Below are positions 25,088-42,371 of a stretch of 64,000 nucleotides of DNA, one piece after another; position 1 is the stretch's first letter, and each line of letters begins with the position of its first letter. Below the pieces are notes generated by a model. It ran no database searches. It was not told the DNA's origin and saw only the letters and a list, made by a program, of their open reading frames with translations. This DNA is from Eledone cirrhosa. Lineage: Eukaryota. Location of the stretch: assembly GCA_964016885.1 (NCBI GenBank), contig OZ024741.1, forward strand, positions 208,072,001-208,136,000, written 5' to 3'. The translations under genes were made by a program, and so were the position numbers.

Positions 25088-25708
25088 TATATATATAAAG
25101 TTGTAATTGCTGCCTGTTTGTTTGTTTGTTCACGAACTCCTCCTATGGTTTTGGAGGTAGACCCTCATAACCATATATATTCTGAAACTACATTGCCCAG
25201 GGTACTTGGATAAGTATATTTCATTTTAATCAAAGGGTTCCCCGGGGGCACAAACGCCCACTGAAATTTTTTCACTCCTATTTATATGAAATTTAAAGCA
25301 TAAGTAAATGACAAAATATGATGCCTATTGACAAAATTTCAGCAAATTTCATTCATATTAAGACACCGTAAAGGGGGTTAAACCCCCTATAGTAAACATT
25401 TTGGAAGCGCATAACTTGGAACCTCTATTATTGGAACCTCTATTATTACGGGATTTTTTTTATTAATTAAACGTAAATCAACAAAAATAGCACCTCTCTT
25501 TTATAGTAAAATTTGGCTAATTTAGACATTTTATCTATGGCAAAACATCACTACAATTATGACAACAAAAATTATTAGTTAATGCCTCTACTTTTTTAAC
25601 ATTTTCCCTTTACTTTTTCTCCATAAATTATATCACTTATTTAAAATCAATCATTATTTTCTTACCCCCCAAAAATGTGTGAAACGCAGCAAGGCGCGGG
25701 TAATTCGG

Positions 25709-25712
<4 letters not shown>
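25088..25712. mobile_element. Helentron/DINE-like element
   Basis: TATATATAAAG..(TTTG)n start; GCAGCAAGGCGCGGGTAATTCGGCT end. Confidence 0.5.
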
Positions 25713-25800
<88 letters not shown>

Positions 25801-25833
25801 TATGTATACTTATATATATATATATATATATAG

Positions 25834-26229
<396 letters not shown>

Positions 26230-26310
26230 AAAAAAGTATGACCCCCACGGCAGAGCTCAAGCCGTTTAGACGGATGTGAGAAAAACCACAAACCCTCCAT
26301 CTCAATTCTA

Positions 26311-26346
26311 CTTTTGAAAAGCAGAGGCACTGCGAAACCGGTAAAG
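26311..26346 (+). ncRNA. Type I hammerhead with U3-A8 core variant
   Basis: CUU-UUGAAAA-GCAG AGGCA CUGC-GAAA-CCGG-UA-AAG. Confidence 0.7.
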
Positions 26347-26437
26347 GAAACAAATAAATATATATTTAAAAAAAAAGTCTCCAGATGCATTTTCGATTTC
26401 ATCTTTTTTCCTCATATATATATATATATATGTATAT

Positions 26438-29175
26438 AGGAGGTGAGTAATATTGTAGAACAATAAAACTATGCATATATCGGATAAGTAGCACTCAACA
26501 GTTGGTAGAACTGGAGTATATATAAAGAAGAAATTAAAAGATGGTTAAAAAAGTTCCATATATTTTATTATGCGTATTTCGAAAACAACATCTTCCTGGG
26601 ACAAAAATTGTGTTCTCATAAGATAAAATAAGGTAACATGATATGAGGCCTAAAAACACTTGTGAACAAGAAAGTGTCCAATCTACATATGACAAAAATA
26701 TAACAGAAGCGAAAAAATAGGAAAAATGAAGAAAAGGAAAGAAGAAGGAAAAAGGAAAAAGAAATAGAAGGGAGGAAAAAGAAAGAAAGAATGAGGAGAG
26801 AGAAAGAGAAAGAGAGAGAGAGTTTTGATCGGGAACGCTGTCAAAAACCGAAAACAGATAAATAACGGCTAAAAACATAAATAAATAAATTGATGAGGTG
26901 TATGTGCTAATATTACAAATATTATAGGTCTGAAATATAGAAAATGGGTATATTATTTTATATTGAATTTGAATACTAAAAATTGGATTAAGAAGTGTAA
27001 CTATTTAAGCTTCTTAACTTAAAAATAGAATTCGAAAAAATTGATAAATTAGCTAATTTCCTTGATATATCCCTTAATCTAGATACCGGCCTATATTACC
27101 CATACCATAAGGATAATGAGAACCTAAATTATGTTAACTTTAAATCAAACCACCCTAATAATGTTAAAACTGCTATAGTCAGAAGTGTTGAAAATAGTAT
27201 TTCTAATTTATCCTCTAATAAACATATCTTCGATGCTAATGCCAACTATTATAATAATGCGTTATCTAGGGCTGGATATCCAGACAAAATTAGATACACT
27301 AAGGAAACTAATCTTGGCAGAACTTATAGTAATGTAGCTAGTAATAATCATACCAGTAACATATAAAAATATCCTTTGGTACAACGCTCCGTTCTCTCTT
27401 TCACTTATTAGTAATATCCCTAAATTATTTTTTAGGGCTTTAGATAACAGATTTCCCGCTTCACATACATATAGCAAGATTTTTAATAAGCATACCATTA
27501 AATTCTCATATTCCACTACTTCCAACATTTCTAAAATTATCTCGAGACATAATTCTAAAATATTAAATAATAACTCATATGCATCCAACCATGAGAGTCA
27601 TAATAATAACACTGTAAGGTCCGACGTCAATGCAAACTCTAGGCAAAATAACATAAATATAAATACGACGTCAAACGTAATTTTGAGGAATGCTTCAAAT
27701 AGCAATGTAAATCAGGAAACCTTAGCACCTCCTTTAGCTAATTCCACCACTCCAGTTCCTAATATAAATAATCCTGGGCCACTTGCAAATAACTCTGTTA
27801 ATAATCTTAATCGTAAATGCAACTGCCCTATTAGAACTAATTGTCCTCTTAGTAATTTCTGTCTCGATAAAAACCTAATATACGAATGTAAAGTGGTAAC
27901 TAGTACCAATACCAATACCTACATTGGCTCTACTTTGACTTCTTTTAAAGCAAGACTCTATAACCATTCTTTTACATTTAAATATCCACTTAAAAGGACC
28001 AGCAACGCACTCTCAGAACGTATTTGGTCCTTAAAACACAAAAACATTAATTACGAAATTGCTTGGCGTAAAATTTGCAACGCTTTTCCTTACTCCAATG
28101 CTTCCATATCTAGGGTTTGTAATTTATGTCTAGTTGAAAAATGTATCATTATCTCGAATTTCAACTCTATAATAAATAGACGTACAGACTTATTTGGTAT
28201 TTGTAATCATAAATCTTTTAAGACATTTCACAAAGTATACAGCTAATGTCCTATAACATATTCCACGAATAACGGTTAATTTTTTTACACATATATATTT
28301 TTTACACATATATCTTTTCACACATTTTTTCTCATACATTTCATTATATTCTACACTGTATTAATTCTCTTTTCTCTGCATTTTTAAGCCTTTTTCCTCT
28401 ATCGCCTTAAATTTTTCGTTCAAACCTTCGTAGATTTTGTAAACAAACTATGACGTCATATGTCTTTCTACGTTTATAAATTTTTCTAGCAATTTCCGTT
28501 ATTTATTTGTTGATATAAAATAATTATTAAATAGTATACCCCACATATATACATTTTTAATAGTAATTTTTAATTTTGACATAGATAGACTATTCTTATT
28601 TTTATTTTATATTCTATTCTATCTTATTTTATTTTATTATATTTTTTTAATTTTATTTTATTTTATTTTATTAATACATTTTTACACTTCTAAATCCAAT
28701 TTTTAGTATTCAAACTCAATATAAAATAATATACTCAGTCTCTATATTCTAGACCTATAATATTTGTAATATTAGCACATATACCTCATCACTTTATTTA
28801 TTTATTTTTTTAGCCGTTATTTACAGTTGTTTTCGTTTTTTGACAGCGGTCCCAATCAAAACTCTCTCTCTCTCTTTCTCTTTCTCTTTCTCTTTCTCTT
28901 TCCTCCTTCTTTCTTTCTTTTTCCTCTCTTCTATTTCTTTTTCCTTTTACCTTCTTCTTTCCTTTTCTTCATTTTTCCTATTTTTTCTCTTCTCTTATAT
29001 TTTTGTCATATGTAGACTGGACATTTTCTTGTTCTCAAGTGTTTTTAGGTCTCATATGTTATCTTATTTTATCTGTTGAGATCACAATTTTTGTCCCAGG
29101 ATGATGTTGATTTCGAAATGCGCATAATAAAATATATGAAACTTTTTTAACCATCTTTTAATTTCTTCTTTATTT
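26438..29175 (+). mobile_element. Hydra-clade-like PLE family A: inverted pLTR, truncated RT/GIY-YIG, pLTR
   Basis: NFLDISLNL..YPYHK; LWYNAPFS; KIFNKHTIKFSYST; CNCPIRTNCPL; LIYECKV..TYIGST; CNLCLVEK; 26520-26990 inverted to 28690-29172; mutated HHRs at 26562-26628 (-) and 29066-29133 (+). Confidence 0.9.
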
Positions 29176-29178
29176 TCT

Positions 29179-30995
29179 TTGAGGCTTTCCCGTCTATCTA
29201 CTAACGAGCATATTTTCAACGACCATTCCACATATTACAATGAAGCTCTTACTCGGAGTGGATTTGTCGATAAGGTAGCATATACAGAGTACGAGAATAA
29301 ACCTAGAAGAAATAGATCCCGACGTATTATATGGTATAACCCACCATATAATATGGAGGTGGCCACACCATTAGCTAAGCTCTTTCTCTACCTTATTACG
29401 AAGCATTTTCCCCCTACACATAAATATTGTAAAATTTTTAATAGAAATACTATTAAAATTTCTTACTCTACGACTCCTAACCTTGCACATAACATCACAG
29501 CTTCAAATTTAGCTAAACTACCTAGCCATAGGAACAGGTGCAACCCTGTAGTTAGTACCAACTGTAATTGTAGGAATCGGGTTGACTGCCCCCTGTCGGG
29601 GAAATGCCTCTCTAGTAACATTGTCTACAAATGTAAGGTTGAAACACCCACGTCCCGTAGAGCCTACATAGGGTTAAACGCCAATAGATTCAAGCAGCGT
29701 CTTTACATGCATACCCATTCTTTTCGTTACTCTTTAAGAAGGAATATGACGTCACTTTCAGCTCATATCTGGAGTCTAAAAGACAACCACACCCAATATA
29801 AGTTACACTGGGAGATCCTAGCTAGGGCTAGATCGTATAACGGAAATAAAAGACCATGTGACCTCTGCGCCGCTGAGGCCCTGGAAATACTCTACGCCAA
29901 AGACCACATCTTAAACCAAAATTCTGAGGCAATTTCGGCTTGTAAACTTAAATTGCACAAAACTTTCCTGTATTACAGCTCCACATTATACCCTAACGGA
30001 TAGTACGATCTATACGCGGATATTTTACGTCTTGATGTGGTAGCTAAGTATATGTTATGTTTATACCATTACTTATTTGTATAGGTAAGTATATATTACC
30101 TGTATGTTTTGTGAAGGTACGTATATTTGATTGTATATGTTATGGCGTATATTTTATATATTCTGGTACATATGCTTTTGGTTATGTATATACGTGAGTT
30201 TTGCGTCTGCGTGAGTATGCGGGTTCGTACGTATGTAGGGTGTGTGTATATGTGTACTTCGTGTTTTGGTTGACGCTGTCTCCGAATATATGTGTATTTA
30301 CATGTAGGTATGTGTGTGCGCTTGTTATATACGTATTTATTTATTTATATACGTTTATTTAATTATTTGTATACACGCACACACACACACACATATATAT
30401 ATGTGCGTGTATTTGTATACCTATGGCGAGTGTTTTCGCGCATGCTTGTGTATGTACGTATAAGGATGCGTGTATGTATTTATTTAATTTCAATTACCTC
30501 TGTATTTTATTTACTTTATTCTTAACTCCGAGAATCTTAAGCCGAGAATCATTCGGTTTCCTAGTTAGAAATTTAGTCTTCGACTTCACTTATACCATTT
30601 ACGTGGTTTTGTCTTTGCGTGCAATTGTTCTCCACACTCCACATATGACGTATTATCATCGTTTTTTCCGTTCATTGCCAGAGAACGTCTCTATGAACCA
30701 CCTAAGAGAATATTAGTCTACGAATTCTTTTATACCATAAACGTGGTTTTGTCTTTGCGTGTAATTGTTTTTCACCGCTCCAAATAATTACGTATTATAT
30801 TCGTTTTTTCCCGTTCTTTGTCAGGGAACGTTTACACGAACCAAAGTATCGTCTTCCTGTCTTCCTCCGGTTGCAACGTTTTTTGAAATATTCACTTCTG
30901 CGTTCACAGATTGACTTTGTTAGTTTCAGAAGATCCCGTTAAGGGTGAAAGCAGCGATTCTTTGCTTAAACTTTAATCTGTTATTTTAATAAATA
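29179..30995 (+). mobile_element. Hydra-clade-like PLE family B, 5'-truncated, with pLTR
   Basis: 274 aa ORF: IIWYNPPY, KIFNRNTIKISYS, CNCRNRVDCPL, IVYKCKV..AYIGL, CDLCAAE; pLTR with CAGAAGA HHR; ends in (TA)n. Confidence 0.9.
30906..30981 (+). ncRNA. Hammerhead-like motif with CAGAAGA core
   Basis: Same as 18754; stem II U CCC GUUAA GGG U. Confidence 0.6.
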
Positions 30996-31015
30996 TATAT
31001 ATATATATACAGAGA

Positions 31016-31065
<50 letters not shown>

Positions 31066-31684
31066 GGGAGAGGGAGAGGGAGAGGGAGAGGGAGAGAGAG
31101 CGAGAGAGAGCGAGAGAAAGAGAGGGAGAAAGAGAGAGGAAGAGGGAGAGAGAATGAGAGAAAGCGAGCGAGCAGGAGAAGCTAAGAAACGATCAAAGAA
31201 AGAAAAATAGATAGGTATTTAGATAGAGACAGATGTGTATATTTATGTATGTGTATATTTATATACATACATACGTGCATACAAACATTACTCTCCACAT
31301 CCTAAAAATTAGCCAGATCATTCATTTAAGATATACCGCCCAGTTGATTGCTAAAACATCATATACAAATTGCACACTGCAAGATTATTGTGCCAACAAA
31401 TTTATCAAAACACAGATGTGGTGTGTTCACCCTCTGCCTTTTTTTACCGCTACTACTGTGGTTTTTGCTCGCCGGAACTTTCCCAATGATGGAAATGGAT
31501 TTTATGGACTAGGATTACTCTAAAGCAGAAGTGGGCAAACGTTTTGGATCGGGGCCCACATTGACTTGGTCATGAACACCAAAGGGCAGCACCATTTATT
31601 ATTGGATATAGTGTGACAGTAACCCTACTTTTCTTTAGTTAGAATTTAGAAAATATAAAATATAAACTGCATCATTATAATACA

Positions 31685-33105
<1,421 letters not shown>

Positions 33106-33314
33106 AAATTAATAAAATGATTAAATTTAAAAATCTTAAAACAGTTTTCTATTAATTTGTGACTGTACATCATGAAACAAAATTCTCTCTATATATATAT
33201 ATATCTCGTGTCATAATTGTCCAAGAGGAATGGACTTTCAACAGTTTAAGTGGAATTTTAACAATCTCACCAGTCTCGTAATAAACATACATACATACAT
33301 ACAATGTCTATATA

Positions 33315-33345
<31 letters not shown>

Positions 33346-33357
33346 TTGTGAGTGTGC

Positions 33358-33389
<32 letters not shown>

Positions 33390-33414
33390 ATATATATATA
33401 TATATGTGTGTATT

Positions 33415-33503
<89 letters not shown>

Positions 33504-33718
33504 ATTTGTATATATATATATATATATATATATATGCGTGTGTGTGTGAGTGTGGGTGTGAGTGTGTGTGTGACAGGTAATTCCGAAGGAAAAAAAGAGT
33601 GCTCTATGTATAGAACACAGCCATTTAATTAGAAAGTGAACAACACAAAATATAACTACTCCATTACACGTCTGGATCGGTCGTCACACAGAGATATTAT
33701 GGATAAAAAATGTTTTAT

Positions 33719-33755
<37 letters not shown>

Positions 33756-33763
<8 letters not shown>

Positions 33764-34502
33764 TATAAATATTAATAAAATAGATGTTCTTTTGATCAAT
33801 TTCATTTTATTATACATATTTCGGATGTACAACAGTACGTCCTCATCAGACAAAATATAATGATACATGACATCCCCTGAGAATTTATAAAAATAATATA
33901 TAAATAACCAGCAAATAATCCTGAAATCTGGAGTCTTCACCCTAATATTATAAATTAAATATTTTCAAATTTAACCGTTTAACTTTTGGAAAAAATCTCC
34001 TTCTACATATATCACCCCCCCCCCCCTTATGTTTCCCTCTTTATAAATCTTTTTCCAGTGGCTATCACTGGCTGTTAGGATTCATGAGACGTTTTCCTAG
34101 TTATGTCATAGTATCATACATTTTAAAAACTTTTAGAACAGTTACAGTAAGCACACGTTTTTTCTTACACACACATTCTCTAATGAATTTATTATGTTTT
34201 CGCATTTTCTCATAATTAGACTATATAAGTAAAATTTTATCTCGGGTTAATCACTACCTTGATTAAATCTTGACTATTTAACATCTCAGAGTATGTCATG
34301 TATCATTATATTTTGTCTGATGAGGACGTACTGTTGTACATCCGAAATATGTATAATAAAATGTAATTGATCAAAAGAACATCTATTTTATTAATATTTA
34401 TATTTTAATATTAATAACTCCGGAAAATTATTTCGCCGTAGAGTGCTTTCAATCTACTGTAAAACTCATTCATTGACATAATCATTGAATATCGTTTAAC
34501 AC

Positions 34503-34507
<5 letters not shown>
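33756..34507. mobile_element. Inverted-pLTR element with two opposed HHRs and a tail
   Basis: 33756-33882 inverted to 34285-34411; related to the 4727 family. Confidence 0.85.
34305..34367 (+). ncRNA. Type I hammerhead (mirror copy about 33800-33861 on minus strand)
   Basis: AUUAUAUUUUGU-CUGAUGA-GGACGUAC UGUU GUACAUCC-GAAA-UAUGUAU-A-AUAAAAUGUAAU. Confidence 0.85.
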
Positions 34508-34536
<29 letters not shown>

Positions 34537-34538
<2 letters not shown>

Positions 34539-35207
34539 CCAACTAATTAGTTTCTGAAATGGAATAAATATACTTTCCGAAGAAAATATTGAGAAGCATT
34601 TCGTCGTCAGGGAAGACTATTCTCAGCTAAGTATCCAGGCAAAGCGTGGACTCTGGAAACTTATACAAAAATAATTCAGTGGATAGAAAATAGCAAAGCG
34701 TGGACTGAATTCCTAGCCATTGAGAAAATCACTGCCTCTGCGTCGGTGGCAAATTCAAAAAGAATCAATCACGTGACATCGAGCTCAATCAGTGGAAAGT
34801 GGTTTGTTAATAAGACAGTGGCCTGCCTGCTACCATAGCAGCAGTCTTTGCCAATATTGCTCGACAAATAATTTGGAGATAATTATAAAGAATTAATATC
34901 TAGTAACATGTATATACATACAGATGCATATCAATGCTAGCAAATATATAGGTTTTGTCTTAGTAACTTTGTGGTTCAATGCATGGGGTTGCAGAACAAT
35001 AATATGAGAGACGTAAAATAAGAAAATTATAAAATTAACTTACTTACTAAAATTTCACTCCCAACTAATTAGTTTCTGAAATGGAATAAATATACTTTCC
35101 GAAGAAAATATTGAGAAGCATTTCGTCGTCAGGTAAGACTATTCTCAGCTAAGTATCCAGGCAAAGCGTGGACTCTGGAAACTTATACAAAAATAATTCA
35201 GTGGATA
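34537..35207. mobile_element. Non-coding element with ~149 bp direct terminal repeats between (TA)n tracts
   Basis: 34537-34685 nearly identical to 35059-35207. Confidence 0.75.
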
Positions 35208-35332
35208 TATATATATATATAGGAAGAAAATATTCGACTGTGAGCTTCTACGGTTTCTGTTCGTAACATCGCATAGGCATTACATCGAGTACTACTTTGA
35301 TTATTTGTATTTCCGGGCTTAACACCACCAAA

Positions 35333-35383
<51 letters not shown>

Positions 35384-35691
35384 TAAAGCTGAGTGTTGTG
35401 TGTTTTACGTATCTATGTATCCTACACACCTCCCTATAATTTCTTAGCTTTACTCTCTCCGTCGCTCTTCCCTCTCTCTATAACAGATCATTCCCCCTCT
35501 CTATAATTTAACTGCTTTACTCTCTCTGTCGCTCTTTACTCTTTAATATTATAAAGCTGAGCGTCGTCTCTCTCTCTCTCTCCCTCTTTCACCCTCTCTA
35601 TAATTTAACTGCTTTACTCTCTGTGTCTCTTCACTCTCTATATGACAACACTCTTTTACTTTCCGTATCTACCTTCAATATATCAATATAT

Positions 35692-36000
35692 ACCCAGGTT
35701 CTGCTGCACGTCGGGCTGAGGAGGCCAAACTCCTCAAATACCGGTCGCTCTCCGACAGGTTTGCGGTCGTACCCCTGGCAGTGGAGACTTCTGGTGTCCT
35801 CGGCCCCAGGGCTACCTCCTTACTCACCACCATAGGCGCTGAGCTGGCCAGACGCAGGTGTGAGCCCCGCGAGTTGGAGTGGTTTTTCCAGCGAGTCTCC
35901 CTTGCCGTCCTCCGGGGAAACGCCTTCTCCATTCTGCCCGCTGGGGCTGTGGGTGGGCCCCATCGCGTACCGTTGTAGTTGTTGTATACAGATATTAACA
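35692..36000 (+). mobile_element. CRE-clade LINE 3' fragment (RLE endonuclease end)
   Basis: PGSAARRAEEAKLLKY..PLAVETSGVLG..FFQRVSLAVLRGNAFSI. Confidence 0.8.
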
Positions 36001-36397
36001 CATCAATTCTATTATTTATGTCATATATCAGCATAGAGATGAGCGTCGTATGTATGCTTATTTCAAAAGGATAAACTTCTTCAAATTCAGTCAACACACA
36101 AGCAAGTAATACATACATCAAAAGGCAACCCTCTTAGAGAGACAGAGAGTGAAAGAGACAGATTAGGAAAACTACACACACACACACACACACATCTAAA
36201 GAGAGAGAGAGAGGCGAGAGAGAGAGACAGGGAAAGAGAAACAGAGGGACGGGCAAGCAGGTAATACATACATCTAAAATCATTTGGATACAAATATCAT
36301 AATATAATGGTTGCAGAACGAAAATACAGACAAATATAATAATGTATGTATCCCACATACTTTTTCTGTCGCCGCTCGCATAAGTAACACACACACA

Positions 36398-36499
<102 letters not shown>

Positions 36500-36782
36500 C
36501 AGACACAAATACGCATACTTTCACACTTGATGTTGCCAATTGCCGGATAACATCAAAACAAAACACGCAGACACACACATGCACATACACACATACGCAA
36601 ACACACATACACATACACAAACACACACACACATATCTATACTTTATATGTATGTATGTATGTATGCATGTATGTATGTAAGATCATTCCCCCTCTCTAT
36701 AATTTAACTGCTTTACTCTCTCTGTCGCTCTTCACTCTCTATATGACAATACTGTTTTAGTTGCCGTATCTCCCTTCAATAT

Positions 36783-36843
<61 letters not shown>

Positions 36844-36962
36844 ATTCTGGGAGAAATATAGGAAGACAGACGGATACACGCGTACACACAAACACACATA
36901 CACACAACGGTATTTTTTAAATATTTAAATAATTGCATGCCCGTGTTAATAGGCTTGTGCGA

Positions 36963-37250
<288 letters not shown>

Positions 37251-37585
37251 TTATATATATATATATAGTTATTATAATATATATATATATATATTTATCC
37301 TCGGAATTTTTCCTAGAGTGCTTAAAATTATTTGTGGCTAATACCGGTCTTTAAAAAAAAACCGGGATAATATTGCTATATGCTGAACTCCATACATTTT
37401 TGTTGAGTTTTCTTCGGAATGTTTTGACTGCTGTTTCTTGTAAACAGACATTCGTCTCATTCTGACGTCACCAGCCATGATCTCCATGTGTGTTTAATTT
37501 TCATAATTCCGCACGAGGTGAACTAGCCTGCTTTTAAATTCCCTTTCTGGCAATTTTTAGGAGTGTTTTTTGGTTATCGTGTTGA

Positions 37586-37666
37586 GCTCTAATGATGAAC
37601 GATTCCAACCGTGACTAACCCCACTGAAAAGTTTCGTGAAATAGTCTTTTTAAGACTATATAGAGC
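37586..37666 (+). ncRNA. Type I hammerhead with C3A mutation
   Basis: GCUCUA-AUGAUGA-ACGA..UCGU-GAAA-UAGUCUU UUU AAGACUA-UA-UAGAGC. Confidence 0.65.
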
Positions 37667-37905
37667 ACTTTTAGTTTTTTCCAAATTGAAGGATGAGTAT
37701 TTAAACTTTTTATTCTGAGTTAAGACTCTATTGGTTTTTTTCCCTAGATTTCACAAAATCTGTGGATAAAATCTCTGTCTTGATTTTTTTTTAATTGAGT
37801 TTGAATTATTTTCTCATATCTTACGTTAAATATTTTTGACGTTATAGTCACTTATATATTATGAAATACTGTTGGCTTCTTGCTCACATTAATTACTCTA
37901 TTTTC

Positions 37906-39832
<1,927 letters not shown>

Positions 39833-39934
39833 TGTGTGTATGTGTGCGTGAGTGTCTGCTATGATTTTCTTTTTTAAATATAGAAACCTAGGTTGATGAA
39901 AGTGCGGATGGGTTAACAAATGTTATTACATCAC

Positions 39935-42330
39935 GCCACTATCACCATCACCACTACCATCATCACCACTACCATCACCACCACTACCATCATCACCACT
40001 ACCATCACCACCACTACCATCATCACCACTACCATCATCACCATTACCATCACCACCACTACCATAACCACTACCATCATCACCACTACCATCACCACCA
40101 CTACCATCATCACCACTACCATCACCACCACTACCATCATCACCACTACCATCATCAGCACTACCATCATCAGCACTACCATCATCACCACTACCATCAT
40201 CGCCATTACCATCACCACCACTACCATCATCGCCATTACCATCACCACCACTACCATCATCACCACTACCATCACCACCACTACCATCATCACCACTACC
40301 ATCACCACCACTACCATCACCACCACTACCATAACCACTACCATCATCACCACTACCATCACCACCACTACCATCATCACCACTACCATCATCACCATTA
40401 CCATCACCACCACTACCATAACCACTACCATCATCACCACTACCATCACCACCACTACCATCACCACCACTACCATCATCACCACTACCATCACCACCAC
40501 TACCATCATCACCACTACCATCACCACCACTACCATCATCACCACTACCATCACCACCACTACCATCATCACCACTACCATCACCACTACCATCATCACC
40601 ACTACCATCACCACCACTACCATCATCACCACTACCATCACCACCACTACCATCATCGCCATTACCATCACCACCACTACCATCATCACCACTACCATCA
40701 CCACTACTATCATCACCACTACCATCACCACCACTACCATCATCACCACTACCATCACCACCACTACCATCATCGCCATTACCATCACCACCACTACCAT
40801 CATCACCACTACCATCATCACCACTACCATCATCACCACTACCATCACCACCACTACCATCATCGCCATTACCATCACCACCACTACCATCATCACCACT
40901 ACCATCATCACCACTACCATCATCACCACTACCATCATCACCACTACCATCACCACCACTACCATCATCACCACTACCATCATCACCACTACCATCATCA
41001 CCACTACCATCACCACCACTACCATCACCACCACTACCATCATCACCACTACCATCATCACCACTACCATCATCGCCACTACCATCACCACCACTACCAT
41101 CATCGCCATTACCATCACCACCACTACCATCATCACCACTACCATCATCACCACTACCATCATCACCACTACCATCACCACCACTACCATCACCACCACT
41201 ACCATCACCACCACTACCATCATCACCACTACCATCATCACCACTACCATCATCACCACTACCATCACCACCACTACCATCACCACCACTACCATCATCA
41301 CCACTACCATCACCACCACTACCATCATCACCACTACCATCACCACCACTACCATCACCACCACTACCATCACCACCACTACTATCATCACCACTACCAT
41401 CACCACTACCATCATCACCACTACCATCATCGCCATTACCATCATCACCACTACCATCAGCACCACTACCATCACCACCACTACTATCATCACCACTACC
41501 ATCACCACTACCATCACCACCACTACCATCATCGCCATTACCATCACCACCACTACCATCATCACCACTACCATCATCACCACTACCATCATCACCACTA
41601 CCATCAGCACCACTACCATCACCACCACTACTATCATCACCACTACCATCACCACTACCATCACCACCACTACCATCATCGCCATTACCATCACCACCAC
41701 TACCATCATCACCACTACCATCATCACCACTACCATCACCACCACTACCATCACCACCACTACCATCACCACCACTACCATCATCACCACTACCATCATC
41801 ACCACTACCATCACCACCACTACCATCATCACCACTACCATCATCACCACTACCATCATCGCTATTACCATCACCACCACTACCATCACCACCACTACCA
41901 TCACCACCACTACCATCATCACCACTACCATCATCACCACTACCATCACCACCACTACCATCATCACCACTACCATCACCACCACTACCATCACCACCAC
42001 TACCATCATCACCACTACCATCATCACCACTACCATCATCACCACTACCATCACCACCACTACCATCATCGCTATTACCATCACCACCACTACCATCACC
42101 ACCACTACCATCACCACCACTACCATAACCACTACCATCATCACCACTACCATCACCACCACTACCATCATCACCACTACCATCACCACCACTACCATCA
42201 CCACCACTACCATCACCACCACTACCATCAGATAACTACCAAGACTACAACCACCACTACACCATCTCACTACCATCAGCATACACCACCAATAACAAAA
42301 ACAACAACAAATTCACCACCACCACCATAT
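39935..42330. repeat. Triplet-derived 15 bp minisatellite (ACCATCAYCACCACT)n
   Basis: Direct reading; 12-mer and GCCATT variants interspersed. Confidence 0.97.
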
Positions 42331-42371
42331 AGGTGGACGGATGGATGGCTAGATAGAAAGGGTAACGGATG

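Noticed and set aside
39920-42282. 771 aa Thr/Ile and 783 aa Val/Met ORFs (mucin-like)
   Set aside because: Triplet-based minisatellite lacking stop codons; no signal peptide, splice context or unique domain
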